Assembly: GCA_003233175.1 (NCBI GenBank)
Contig: QIKY01000054.1
Coordinates: 296-64,295, forward strand
DNA from: Planctomycetaceae bacterium
GTDB lineage: Bacteria > Planctomycetota > Planctomycetia > Pirellulales > Pirellulaceae
Length of the DNA stretch: 64,000 nucleotides
Direction: 5' to 3'
Part shown: positions 8,683 through 18,575 of the stretch, one piece after another
How the letters are laid out: each line of letters starts with the position of its first letter
Position numbering within the stretch: the first letter of the stretch is position 1
Made by a program: the position numbers and the translations under genes
The notes under the pieces: model-generated
Seen by the model: the letters and a program-made list of their open reading frames with translations, nothing else
What the model was told of the DNA's origin: nothing
Database searches by the model: none

Positions 8683-10113
8683 TTACTTCGCCGTCCGCCC
8701 CTTGGTTTCGTGCAATTGCCTGGCTAATACGGCGACGTTTTTCTTGCGAAGCCCGGCAACATTGGCGTTCTCGCCGGGATCAACCGCATGGTCGTAGAGC
8801 ATCTGGGAAATCAGCCTGCCTTTCGCATTCGTGTATTCCGTGAAGCGAAAGGCATCGGTTCGGATCGTGTCGCCGTTTTGGAATCGGCCCACGGCTGCAT
8901 GCTTCCATGCGGCTTGTGGGTCGGCCATCAAGGCGGCGAAACTGCGGCCCTGCAAATGTTCCGGCAGTGGAAGCCCGGCCAATTCACACAGCGACGGATA
9001 CAAATCAATCGACTCGATGAGCGCCGCTCTTCGCCCGCCGCCCGCGATTCCCGGCGCCCGCACGATCAGCGGGATTTGCATCGAGGTCTCGTAGCAACTG
9101 TGCTTGCACCAGAGCGTGTGTTCGCCGAGGTTCCAACCGTGGTCGCCCCACAAAACGACGATGGTGTTGTTGGCGAGATCCAAGCGGTCGAGTTCGTCGA
9201 GCAGTTTGCCGATTTGCGCGTCGGTGTAGCTGACGCAGGCGTAATATCCATGAATGAGATTTCGGGCGGTTTGCTCCGACACCGGCCCCTTGGCGGGAAT
9301 TCCGGCATAGGCGCGCAGTTCGCCAGACGAGTGGATCGATTCCTTGGGCGCGTTTTTGGGCGGGTGGTAATTGCCGGGAAGCTGAATTTTTTCATGGTCG
9401 TACAGATCCCAGTATTTCTTCGGCGCGACGAACGGCAGGTGCGGCTTGAAGAAACCGACCGCCAAAAAGAACGGCTCTTTCCGGGCCTTCAATCGCTGTA
9501 AATCGGCAATGGCGCGTTCGGCCAGCAGGCCATCGGCGTAGGCGTTGTCGGGAACATCGGCCGATTCCCAGGCCGGCCCTCTTTTGCGTCTTCCCTGTTT
9601 TTGCCGCTTCATGTGCAGTGCATGGTTTTCAGGTCGGCGATACCAGCGGACGCCCTTCGGCCGCCACGCCGGCTCCGACCAGCCTGCGGCGTTGTCTTGC
9701 GGGTGATGAAAGATTTTTCCCAGAGAGACGGTGTAATAGCCGTTCTTTCTGAATTGCGTGTTGAATGTCGTGATTCCGGGCGCATCTTTTTCCGCCCAGG
9801 CCAGATAACTAACGAACCGTTTTCGCGCGGGCCGAATGCCGGTCATTAAACTCGCTCGCGACGCGCCGCACGTGGGAACCATACAGTAAGCTCGTTCAAA
9901 CAAAACGCCCGATTCGGCCAGTCGGTCGATGTTCGGCGAGTGCATGTGTTGTTTGCCGTAGCAGGCCAATTCCGGACGCAGATCATCCACCGCGATGAAC
10001 AGAACATTGGGCCGCTCGGCGGCCGTGCTTTGAACGGAATCGCTTTGGGCGGCAAGGCTCTGGGTGCCGAGCAGCGAAGCAAACAAGAGTAGCAAAATTC
10101 GGTGCATCATCAT
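8683..10113 (-). CDS. Type I sulfatase (iduronate/aryl-sulfatase-like), secreted
   Basis: Motifs NVLFIAVDDLRP, PTCGASRASLMTG (formylglycine motif region) and LWGDHGW. I chose the start at MMMHRILLLLFASLLG, which gives a signal peptide; the ORF track extends to 10260. Confidence 0.85.
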   Translation of the reverse strand: MMMHRILLLLFASLLGTQSLAAQSDSVQSTAAERPNVLFIAVDDLRPELACYGKQHMHSPNIDRLAESGVLFERAYCMVPTCGASRASLMTGIRPARKRFVSYLAWAEKDAPGITTFNTQFRKNGYYTVSLGKIFHHPQDNAAGWSEPAWRPKGVRWYRRPENHALHMKRQKQGRRKRGPAWESADVPDNAYADGLLAERAIADLQRLKARKEPFFLAVGFFKPHLPFVAPKKYWDLYDHEKIQLPGNYHPPKNAPKESIHSSGELRAYAGIPAKGPVSEQTARNLIHGYYACVSYTDAQIGKLLDELDRLDLANNTIVVLWGDHGWNLGEHTLWCKHSCYETSMQIPLIVRAPGIAGGGRRAALIESIDLYPSLCELAGLPLPEHLQGRSFAALMADPQAAWKHAAVGRFQNGDTIRTDAFRFTEYTNAKGRLISQMLYDHAVDPGENANVAGLRKKNVAVLARQLHETKGRTAK

Positions 10114-10204
10114 TGATCGCCTTTGAAATCGTGAGCATCGTTCCCGCTCGCTACGTTCGCGAGCAATGGGGTTTTGGAAGACCTGGAATCCAACAACTCT
10201 GGCT

Positions 10205-11548
10205 TCAGTTCGAGATCGGCTTCTCCATGGGCGGCAACTGTTTTTCGCACCACTTGGCAATCTGGAGCAGGCGGTCGTCGGCTCCCCAAGGTCCTATCAA
10301 TTGCAGAGCGACGGGCAAGCCATCGGCGGCGAGACCGGCGGGCAGGTTGACGGTCGGCTGCCCGCTGTAACTCCAAGGCGAATTGAAGGCGGGATCACCG
10401 GTCGTTTCGATGCTTGGCGCCGTCGAATTGGCGGCGGGCGTGATGAAAGCGTCGACCTCGCCAAAACGCGTTTCCATTTCTTGGCGGAAACGGTGTTGAT
10501 GCTCTCGCGCGGTGGAAAAATCGGCGCCGCTGGTATGCAATCCCTCTTCGATCAAGCTCCCCAAGTGGACGCCGAATTGATCGGGGCTGCGGGTGAAATC
10601 GGTTTTGTGCGTTTCCGCCGCGCCCACCGCCATGATGCAGCGATGCAAACGATGCAGGTCTTGAAAAGATTCCGGCAAGGCGATTGTTTCCACCACGGCG
10701 CCGCCCGCTTGCAATAGCGAGATGGCCCGTTCCGTGGCGGCGCGTACGGCGCCGCTGCATTCGGTATGGAAGTAGGTGGAGAAAACCCCCAATTTTGGAG
10801 GTCGGGCGAAGGGCGTTGTTTCATGCCCGTGGTCGGTCGATTGCCAATCGGGCGTGCGAATCACTTGCCAGATAATTTCCAGATCTTCGACGCTGCGCGC
10901 CAGCGGCCCGACGTGGTCTAAGTGCATGCTCACCGGCGCCACCCGATGGCAACTCACGCGGCCGAAAGTCGGCTTCATACCGGCCACGCCGCAGTAGGTC
11001 GCGGGCCGTGTGATGGAGCCTCCGGTTTGGCTGCCCAACGCCGCGGCGCACATTCCCACCGCCACCGCCGCCGCCGAACCGCTACTGCTGCCGCCCGGCG
11101 TGCGTGCTAAATTCCAAGGGTTGCGTGTTTCGGCGGGGTCGAATCCGGCAAACTCCGTCGTGACCGTCTTGCCCAAAAAGAGGGCGTCGGCCCGGCGCAG
11201 CATCGCCACGACGTCCGCATCTTGCTCGGCAACCGCATTCCGCCGCAAAGGCGAGCCAGCGCGCGTGGGCAGGCCGGCGACGTCGATGATGTCTTTAACG
11301 CCCAGCGGCGCGCCACAAAGCGGCCCTACGGGCGCTCCGTTCCGCAAACGTTTTTCCAAGTCGAGCGCCGCTTGGCGAACGCCCGCCGCATCGACCTCCA
11401 CCCAAGCGTGCAAACGCGATTCGCCCGCCTCTATCTGGCAGAGGAACCAATCCGCCGTTTCCACCGGCGATCGTTTTCCGGCGATCGTTTGCCGCACAAT
11501 TTCGCAAAGGTTGAGCATCGAATGAAAACGTTTCAGTAGGCGACTCAA
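10205..11548 (-). CDS. Amidase-signature family enzyme (GatA-like amidase)
   Basis: Motifs GVKDIIDVAGLPT and GGSSSGSAAAVA. The start may instead be the internal ATG at 11518. Confidence 0.85.
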   Translation of the reverse strand: MSRLLKRFHSMLNLCEIVRQTIAGKRSPVETADWFLCQIEAGESRLHAWVEVDAAGVRQAALDLEKRLRNGAPVGPLCGAPLGVKDIIDVAGLPTRAGSPLRRNAVAEQDADVVAMLRRADALFLGKTVTTEFAGFDPAETRNPWNLARTPGGSSSGSAAAVAVGMCAAALGSQTGGSITRPATYCGVAGMKPTFGRVSCHRVAPVSMHLDHVGPLARSVEDLEIIWQVIRTPDWQSTDHGHETTPFARPPKLGVFSTYFHTECSGAVRAATERAISLLQAGGAVVETIALPESFQDLHRLHRCIMAVGAAETHKTDFTRSPDQFGVHLGSLIEEGLHTSGADFSTAREHQHRFRQEMETRFGEVDAFITPAANSTAPSIETTGDPAFNSPWSYSGQPTVNLPAGLAADGLPVALQLIGPWGADDRLLQIAKWCEKQLPPMEKPISN

Positions 11549-11606
11549 GAGCTAAACGAAAGGAAACGGCGCCCGCACCCGGGAAAAACCGTTGCCTTGG
11601 CGCACT

Positions 11607-12722
11607 CTATAACACGAGTTGGTCGAGTTCGTTTAGAAGCGCGACCATCGACTCCTGCCGCTCGCTCGGCTGCTTGGCCATCATCTTTTGAAAGATGGCG
11701 TTGAGTTCCTCTGTCGCCGCCGGGCAGTCTTTTGTGAGTTGCGGCGGCGGCGAACTTTGGTGCCAAAGCAGTTTTTGCACCATTGGTCCTTCCGGCGCCG
11801 GAGGGCGCCCAGTGAGTAGGAAATACATCGTGCAGCCGAGGCTGTAGATATCGGCGCGATGGTCAATCTGGTTTGAATACAGTGCTTGCTCCGGGGCCAT
11901 GTAGTCGACTGTGCCTTGCAGGTCGGCGTCGTCTTGGGTTTGCAACGCTGGTTCGTCGGCCCCTTCGGCTTTCAGGTGCGCCAAGCCCATGTCGACAATC
12001 TTGAGAACCCCATGGCTGTTCAACATCAAATTGGAAGGTTTGACATCACGATGAACAATGCCCTGCCGATGTGCATGCGCCAAACCCAAAGCCGTTTGCC
12101 GAATCAGGCTGACGGCGCGCTTGATGGGAAGCGGACCATGGGAATCGACCCAGTTCCCGAGTTCGGGCCCGTCGACATACTCCATGGCCAAGTAATGGCG
12201 GCCAAATTCTTCATCGGCATCGTAGGCCGCGGCGATATTCTCATGGTCGAGCCGGGCGGCCGCTTCTGCTTCCAGGTAGAAACGTTGCAGTGATTCCTCG
12301 CGACCGGTCAATCTGGGCGACAATACTTTCAGCGCGACTTGCCGCTTCATGCGATTGTGCTGGGCGACAAACACGCCGCCTGTTCCGCCTTCGCCGAGGC
12401 AGTCGAGAATTTGGTAGTTGCCGAGCGTTAAGCCACGGCCGTTGCCCGCCTCAATGGCGTCGACCTGGTACTGAGTGAGCCGCTTCCGAGAGACAAGTTC
12501 ATCGGCCAAACGACATCCCAACCGAAACTCCGGCAACGGCCCGATATTGACCGACTGAAGAAACGACGCCAACTCCTCTTCGGAAACCAAGCCGCTTTCC
12601 AGAACACGGGCGCCGAAGGCGGCGTCTTGAGGATCGTTGAATTTCGTCAACACCGGAAACGACGGCGTTTCCGCCCCATCGGCGAGAGGATGCGTTATAC
12701 GTAGGTATTGCTCAATTGCCAT
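11607..12722 (-). CDS. Ser/Thr protein kinase
   Basis: Hanks kinase motifs GEGGTGGVF, ALKVL, HRDVKPSNLML, DMGLA and GTVDYMAPE. Confidence 0.85.
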   Translation of the reverse strand: MAIEQYLRITHPLADGAETPSFPVLTKFNDPQDAAFGARVLESGLVSEEELASFLQSVNIGPLPEFRLGCRLADELVSRKRLTQYQVDAIEAGNGRGLTLGNYQILDCLGEGGTGGVFVAQHNRMKRQVALKVLSPRLTGREESLQRFYLEAEAAARLDHENIAAAYDADEEFGRHYLAMEYVDGPELGNWVDSHGPLPIKRAVSLIRQTALGLAHAHRQGIVHRDVKPSNLMLNSHGVLKIVDMGLAHLKAEGADEPALQTQDDADLQGTVDYMAPEQALYSNQIDHRADIYSLGCTMYFLLTGRPPAPEGPMVQKLLWHQSSPPPQLTKDCPAATEELNAIFQKMMAKQPSERQESMVALLNELDQLVL

Positions 12723-13105
12723 TAATTGGTGGTTTTGAAATATTTGGTCTCGACTGGGGCCGCCGGTGGCAATTTTGAAAAAAATGTTGAATAATGCACG
12801 GCCAGTGTATGAAAAACGAACACAGGAGCAACGAGTTGTTTATTGTGACAATTTCTCTATTCCGACGAAAGACGCGCCTGCTAACTCGCGCAAGGCGAAG
12901 AGTTTGGCTCTTCAAAGCTTACATTTCGCGTTTAGAATAACGCCAAACGGCGGCCTGGAAAGGGGGTATTATCATTAACCATGAATTCAGTACGCCTCCA
13001 GGCAAGAAATAGATCGGCTTTCGTGAAGAATAGTTCCCGCAAATGCCGCGCCAGAACTCGATATGAAGCGAAGCCCAATGCGAGAATGAAATAGCGAAGC
13101 AGTTT

Positions 13106-13140
13106 CAGAAGTCCGACTTGTTGAAAAAGCCGGGCTTCTG
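13106..13140. repeat. Hairpin repeat family B (degenerate copy)
   Basis: cagaagtccgacttgttgaaaaagccgggcttctg. Related to GAAGCCCGGCTTTTTCAAAAAGCCGGGCTTC. Confidence 0.5.
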
Positions 13141-13336
13141 AACCGCGAAGTCGTTTTTTCACGCCTTCTTATTTCAGGGCAAGTATACCAAGTCGGCCGA
13201 CTGAACGGTGCGTAAATCTTCGCCTGAGAATTGTCGACTCACCAGAAAGACCGGCATCTACCGAACGGTCGGTCGTATCGCAGGTGTTCGCCGACTGAGC
13301 ATGCAACGCCAGCAGGCGCTTGAATGGGCTCAAAAG

Positions 13337-13423
13337 CGGATGGGCCGGGATTCGAACCCGGGGAGGGCGCAAGCCCTCAGCAGTTTTCAAGACTGCCGCC
13401 TTCGTCCACTCGGCCACCCATCC
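13337..13423 (-). tRNA. tRNA-Ser (anticodon UGA)
   Basis: The reverse complement folds as a cloverleaf: acceptor GGATGGG/CCCATCC, anticodon stem GCAGT/ACTGC with loop CTTGAAA, a long variable arm (TGAGGGCTTGCGCCCTCC) and T-arm CCGGGTTCGAATCCCGG. CCA is not encoded. Confidence 0.9.
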
Positions 13424-13601
13424 GATGCTTGTTTTGGTCGTGTTTGACTATCTTGCCGTGTTTTCCTTGCTGTCTCGACACTCGTATATCGACGTAAACG
13501 GATGCCGCGATGCCACGTCGAATTCTAGCAAAGGTTCGCATTCCGCGAAACCAAAGCAGCCGCGCGAAACATCGTGGGGCGGGTGGGAAAAAGCGGCGTT
13601 C

Positions 13602-15110
13602 TCAGGTGGTGTTGTTCTCACCGATGGCAATCCGATCGATCACGCCGGCGCCGACGGCGTCGCCATAGACGTTCACCGTGGTTCGCATGCGGTCGAGAAA
13701 CCAATCAATGGAAAGAATCGTGCCGATGCCTTCCATCGGAATGCCGGCTGCTTGCAGCACAATCACCATGGTTACGAGGCCGGCTTCCGGAATACCGGCG
13801 GCGCCGACGGCGGCCAGCGTGGCGGTGAGAAAAATGATCACCAGCTTGCCGGTCGAGAGGGGAATCGCGAGCGACTGGGCGATAAAAATCACCGCCACGG
13901 CTTCGTACAGGGCGGTGCCGTCCATATTGATGGTGGCGCCGAGCGGGAGCACGAAACTGGCGCTGCGGTTCGACACGCCGTTATTTTCTTCCACGCACTC
14001 CATCGTGATCGGCAACGTGGCGGAAGAACTGGAAGTGCTGACCGCCGTGAGCATGGCGCGCAACAGGTTGTAGGTGTAGGTCAGAGGATTGCGTTTGCCG
14101 ACCACGGTCAAGATGCCGCCTAGCACGAATACGTGAATCGTGAGGCCGATCAGCACCGTGGCCACGTACCAGCCGATGCGGCTGATCTCGCCGAAGAACG
14201 CTTGGCCTCCTCCATTCTTGGCGATATTTCCCGCCACCAACCCAAAAATTCCGATCGGCGCGAAGATCATCACGCCATGCACCATTTTCATGATCGCGAG
14301 GTTCGAGGCTTCAAAAAACTGAATCGCGATTTTTCCTTTTTCGCCGATGGTGGTCAGTGCGGCGCCAAACACAATCGCAAACACAATCAGCGCCAGTACG
14401 TTGGTGTTGGTTGCGGCTTGAAAAATATTCGAGGGAAACATACCGCTGCCAGGATCGCCTTCGTTGCCGCGAAAAACGTTCAGCAAGGTTTCCATGACGC
14501 CGGTATCGGCCTTCGAGGAAACGTTCTCCGTGACCAACGAAAAGGTGTCGTCGGCCGCGACTCCCGGCTGAATAATCTGCACCAGGGCAATGCCGATCAC
14601 CACCGCAATGGCGCCGGTGAGCATGTAATACACGATCGTGTAGAGGCCCACGCGGCCCACCTTGCGCACATCGCCCAAGGAGGTAATGCCGCAGATCATG
14701 CTCGTCACGACCAGCGGTATGACGAGCAACTTGAGCACTTGCAGGAACACATCGCCGACGAAATCGGTCAGCGTCCAGGCAATGCTGGGCGCGACGTCGG
14801 CGCCGGTTTTCCGTTCGGCGGCGGCGTCGTCGCGGAGTCGCGAAACTTTGGTTATTTCATCATTGATGACGGCAATCTGCTCGCGTTTTCGCTCGGCGGC
14901 GACTGCGGTCAGGCCTTCGATTCCAGCTTCTTTTTGCTGTTTGATCAGTTGCAATTCCTCCAACCGCCGCACCGGCCCGCCGGAGGCCTTCCACATGCTC
15001 TGGCCGTAGAAAATGCCGAATAAGGCGCCTACAATGATGGCCAAGATGATCGCCAGCAATCCGGCGAAAGGGTGCTTTGATTTCGCAGCAGCGGCAGCGG
15101 TTTCGTTCAT
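13602..15110 (-). CDS. Dicarboxylate/amino acid:cation symporter (DAACS/GltP family)
   Basis: Motifs SSSATLPIT and GATINMDGTALYEAVA. Multi-TM protein with an unusual charged insertion of about 85 aa after TM1. Confidence 0.85.
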   Translation of the reverse strand: MNETAAAAAKSKHPFAGLLAIILAIIVGALFGIFYGQSMWKASGGPVRRLEELQLIKQQKEAGIEGLTAVAAERKREQIAVINDEITKVSRLRDDAAAERKTGADVAPSIAWTLTDFVGDVFLQVLKLLVIPLVVTSMICGITSLGDVRKVGRVGLYTIVYYMLTGAIAVVIGIALVQIIQPGVAADDTFSLVTENVSSKADTGVMETLLNVFRGNEGDPGSGMFPSNIFQAATNTNVLALIVFAIVFGAALTTIGEKGKIAIQFFEASNLAIMKMVHGVMIFAPIGIFGLVAGNIAKNGGGQAFFGEISRIGWYVATVLIGLTIHVFVLGGILTVVGKRNPLTYTYNLLRAMLTAVSTSSSSATLPITMECVEENNGVSNRSASFVLPLGATINMDGTALYEAVAVIFIAQSLAIPLSTGKLVIIFLTATLAAVGAAGIPEAGLVTMVIVLQAAGIPMEGIGTILSIDWFLDRMRTTVNVYGDAVGAGVIDRIAIGENNTT

Positions 15111-15173
15111 TGAAATAGTTTAGCCTTGGAAAAGGTTGTCTCGGGAATCGCAAGAAAGCTACGCACCGACTCG

Positions 15174-15204
15174 GAATCCCGGCTTTTTCCAAAAGCCGGG
15201 ATTC
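15174..15204. repeat. Hairpin repeat family B copy
   Basis: gaatcccggctttttccaaaagccgggattc, in the divergent intergenic region. Confidence 0.6.
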
Positions 15205-15321
15205 TCGACCACTCATTTGGAAAACACCCATTCAGGAAAATGATGCTTCCGCGATTGGCTAGAATATCCGATACGGGCGCGCCTGCCCAGCTTAAGCGCT
15301 GCCAGAATTAGGAAACACGCA

Positions 15322-16932
15322 TTGAACGCAACGTCCGAACAAGTCGTTGAACTACTCCGGCAAACGAATTTTTCCACGCTCGACTGGGCGATTGTGGTGG
15401 TGTATTTGTGTGTCTCGTTGGTGATCGGCGTGTGGGTGAAGCAGTACGCCACCGATATGGCGGCCTACATTGGGGCGGGGCGGAGCGTCGGCGTGTGGTT
15501 GGGCGTGGCCACCATGACCGGTACGGAGTTGGGCTTGGTCACGGTGATGTACAGTGCGCAAATCGGCTTTACCGGGGGATTCGCCGCCTTTCATATTGCG
15601 GTGATTGCCGGGCTGGTGACGTTCATCGTCGGCGCCACGGGGTTTGTCGTGGCGCCGTTGCGCGCCTTGGGCGTGTTGACCATTCCCGAATTCTACGAAC
15701 GCCGGTTCGATCGCAAAACCCGCGTCGTGGGCGGCGTGTTGCTCTCGGTGGCGGGCGTGCTCAACATGGGCCTGTTTTTGAAGATGGGCTCCATTTTTAT
15801 CGTCGGCGTGACGGGGCTCTCGCCGGATGGAGGCGCCTTGACGGTCGTGATGACCGTTCTCTTGCTCTTGGTGCTGGCCTACACGGTGATGGGCGGCATG
15901 ATTTCTGTCATCATTACCGACTACATTCAGTTTGTCTTATTGTCGTTCGGACTCCTACTCACCGTGGGCGTGGCGATTTGGCGCCTGGGCTGGGAGAATA
16001 TCTTTCAGGTGGTGGCGGCGGAAAAAGGCGCTGCTGGTTTTGATCCGCTGCTGGGCGAAGGCGAATTCGGCCCCGAATACGTGCTCTGGATGTTGGTCGT
16101 GGGCCTGATTGGCTGTGCCGTGTGGCCGACAACCGTGGCCCGCGCCCTGGCGATGGAAAGCACGCAGGCGGTGCGCCGCCAGTTTATGTGGTCGTCGATC
16201 TCGTTCACGGCTCGATTTTTGATTCCCAATTTCTTCGGCATCTGCGCCTTTGTTTTTTTTAGCACGCATTCAACCGAAATGCGGGAGCTATTTCTCTTGC
16301 CCCTGCCGGGAGGGGAATCCAGCGCCTTCACGCCCTCCCTCTACGCCATGCCTGTTTTTCTCGGCCAATTGTTGCCGCCCGGCGTGCTGGGGATTGTCGC
16401 TGCGGCGATGATCGCGGCTTTTATGTCGACCCACGACAGCTACCTGCTCTGCTGGAGTTCGGTGATCACGCAAGATATCATCGCGCCGCTGGCCAAATCG
16501 GAAATGACCGACCAACGCCGCATTTTCATCACTCGCCTGCTGATCGTGGCCATTGGCGGATTCCTGCTTTTCTGGGGGCTTTTTTACCCGCTCGAAGGCG
16601 ACACGATTTGGTCGTACATGGCGATTACCGGCGCCGTTTATTTCACCGGCGCCATTCCGGTTTTGGTCGGCGGTTTGTATTGGAAACGAGCCAGCACCGC
16701 CGGCGCTTTCAGCGCGCTCCTAATGGGTTTTACGGCGCTGGTCGGCTTGGAGCCGGTTCGTCAGACGCTGGCTAAAACGTTGGCGCCGGTAATGGGCGAT
16801 TCGGAGACAATTGCAGCGGCGTTGAGCGCCGAACGATGCGGCTTGGCCGCGCTGCTGCTGACCTGCGCCATGTTTGTTGTGATGTCTTTACTCTTCCCCG
16901 ACGCCCAGCCCGACGCCGGAAAACGCGATTGA
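15322..16932 (+). CDS. Sodium:solute symporter (SSS) family transporter
   Basis: 536 aa with about 13 TM helices and the GGMISVIITDYIQF motif. TTG start. Confidence 0.8.
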   Translation: MNATSEQVVELLRQTNFSTLDWAIVVVYLCVSLVIGVWVKQYATDMAAYIGAGRSVGVWLGVATMTGTELGLVTVMYSAQIGFTGGFAAFHIAVIAGLVTFIVGATGFVVAPLRALGVLTIPEFYERRFDRKTRVVGGVLLSVAGVLNMGLFLKMGSIFIVGVTGLSPDGGALTVVMTVLLLLVLAYTVMGGMISVIITDYIQFVLLSFGLLLTVGVAIWRLGWENIFQVVAAEKGAAGFDPLLGEGEFGPEYVLWMLVVGLIGCAVWPTTVARALAMESTQAVRRQFMWSSISFTARFLIPNFFGICAFVFFSTHSTEMRELFLLPLPGGESSAFTPSLYAMPVFLGQLLPPGVLGIVAAAMIAAFMSTHDSYLLCWSSVITQDIIAPLAKSEMTDQRRIFITRLLIVAIGGFLLFWGLFYPLEGDTIWSYMAITGAVYFTGAIPVLVGGLYWKRASTAGAFSALLMGFTALVGLEPVRQTLAKTLAPVMGDSETIAAALSAERCGLAALLLTCAMFVVMSLLFPDAQPDAGKRD

Positions 16933-16983
16933 CGTTATCCCGACGAAATTTTTATTCCGTTTTATGCAGGAGACGCTCGACCC

Positions 16984-17160
16984 ATGTCAGTCTGGATCAT
17001 GATCTGGAAGGTTGTGTTCGTGATCGCCTTGGCGGCGTTCGCGGTGCTGGCGGTTGGCGCCACGATTGGCGGCGCGCGCGACGTCGTGTCGCTCTTGAAC
17101 AAACTCAAGCAAGACCGCTCGAACACAAAATCCGATAACCAAGGAACACTCCCGAAATAA
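16984..17160 (+). CDS. Small single-TM protein downstream of the SSS transporter
   Basis: 58-aa ORF found by hand, below the ORF-track length cutoff: MSVWIMIWKVVFVIALAAFAVLAVGATIGGARDVVSLLNKLKQDRSNTKSDNQGTLPK*. It starts 51 nt after the SSS stop. Confidence 0.45.
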   Translation: MSVWIMIWKVVFVIALAAFAVLAVGATIGGARDVVSLLNKLKQDRSNTKSDNQGTLPK

Positions 17161-17166
17161 GTTCCC

Positions 17167-18174
17167 TCAACCCTTTTTCCGCAGCACCAGCCCTTGATCG
17201 ATTTCTTCAAAGCCGAGCTTTTTATACAGATTGATCGCCGCGATGTTGTTTTGCATGACCTGCACCTCCACCAACGAAACGCTCAGCTCTTGCAGTTGCC
17301 GGAGTGTTTCGCCAACCAAGAACGCGGCGAGTCCTTGGCGGCGGAATTCGGGGTGAATTTCCACATCGATCAAACCGGCGGCTTTCACGCCCCAACTGCT
17401 CGCCAGCGGTTCGATATCCCAGCATAGCAGCGAGCCGACCGGTTCGCCGCCGCCGCGTGGCGCCAACTCATACCGTTCGCGCTCGAACGACGCCGAGGTG
17501 CAGGCGTCCCACCAATTCTTCGGCGCCGAGGAGAGACACGAATTGACCTGATACTTGCGCCGGTTTTGCATTTGCTGCCGATCAACCACCGGCCGGAACC
17601 CGGCCAATTCGCGTTGCAAAATGAGCGTTCTGTCGATTTCTTCGTAGTCGTGGGAGCGAAACAGTTCGACCGCCTCCAGGTCGGAACTGAGCACGCCCGG
17701 TTGTTCGCTCCCGCCGAGCAAACCCAAATAGAAAGGATTGAGCGGGAAAATCTCTCCGCCATAGAGTAACTTGGCGCCCTTGCCCCGCAAATACGCTTCG
17801 CTGCGTTCGAGCAATTCGCCCGCCACGTCTGCGCTCCGCGGACCGGGCGCCACAAGCACCAGATCGGTGACGCCCATTTCATACGAAAGATCGTCGCCGG
17901 CGTCGTTCGGCCCAAAGCCGGCATGGGCGAAACCGAGCGGTTGGCCGTCTTCCAACGCCAGGATCAAGCCCTGGGGATCGAAGCAGAGTTTGGAAAGCAC
18001 AAGTTGCTCGAAAAGCTCGGTGGAGAGCGGCTGCATTCTGGCCCGTTGCGGCGGTTGCGTGCGCCAGATTTCACTGACCAGCGGAGGGTCTTGGTTTTGA
18101 AAAGTGCGGTAGCGAATCACGATCGCGGGGCCTTGGGTAGGCTGCCGTTGACGGCGACGAGCAAAGTGTCGCAA
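17167..18174 (-). CDS. Two-domain GNAT-family N-acetyltransferase
   Basis: The C-terminal domain has the acetyl-CoA-binding pattern (HPEFRRQGLAAFLVGETL...NNIAAINLYKKLGF). The N-terminal half also looks GNAT-like. A GTG start at 18120 (read as M-IRYRTFQNQDPP) is plausible. Confidence 0.7.
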   Translation of the reverse strand: MRHFARRRQRQPTQGPAIVIRYRTFQNQDPPLVSEIWRTQPPQRARMQPLSTELFEQLVLSKLCFDPQGLILALEDGQPLGFAHAGFGPNDAGDDLSYEMGVTDLVLVAPGPRSADVAGELLERSEAYLRGKGAKLLYGGEIFPLNPFYLGLLGGSEQPGVLSSDLEAVELFRSHDYEEIDRTLILQRELAGFRPVVDRQQMQNRRKYQVNSCLSSAPKNWWDACTSASFERERYELAPRGGGEPVGSLLCWDIEPLASSWGVKAAGLIDVEIHPEFRRQGLAAFLVGETLRQLQELSVSLVEVQVMQNNIAAINLYKKLGFEEIDQGLVLRKKG

Positions 18175-18212
18175 CGGCGTTCGGGGTGTCTAATAGTCAG
18201 TGTGCTTGATGT

Positions 18213-18575
18213 TCAAGTGTCTTCCGCCGACGAGAGGTTTGATTCCCCGGCGTTCAGATCGACCAGCAGGTTATCGCCTTCCAGCCGCATGGGCAGCGAG
18301 GGTTGCCGCAACGCGGCGTTCGCCAAATGCTGGCCAGTGCATGCATTGTACTGCCAGCCGTGCCAGGGGCAGGTCAGAATTTCGCCGCACAGACTGCCCT
18401 TGCCGAGCGGCCCGCCTTGGTGCGGGCAAATTCCGTCGAGTGCGTGAAAGCTTCCGCCATCGCTTCCATCGTCGACATGAAACAGCGCGATCATGCGATC
18501 TTCGGCGACGAACTCCCGAGCTTCCCCCAAGGGGATATCTGCTCGTTTCGCCACCGGAACCCAATTCGCCGTCAT
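18213..18575 (-). CDS. Small Rieske [2Fe-2S] protein (NirD-like)
   Basis: CPHQGGPL...CPWHGWQY. I chose the ATG at 18575, which forms an ATGA overlap with the stop of the upstream acyltransferase gene; the ORF track extends to 18734. Confidence 0.75.
   Translation of the reverse strand: MTANWVPVAKRADIPLGEAREFVAEDRMIALFHVDDGSDGGSFHALDGICPHQGGPLGKGSLCGEILTCPWHGWQYNACTGQHLANAALRQPSLPMRLEGDNLLVDLNAGESNLSSAEDT

Noticed and set aside
12723-13336. Genomic-island integration at the 3' end of tRNA-Ser
   Set aside because: The AT-richer 600 bp downstream of the tRNA contains no integrase and no cargo gene. I could not find a direct repeat of the tRNA 3' end by eye. It carries only a degenerate family-B hairpin.
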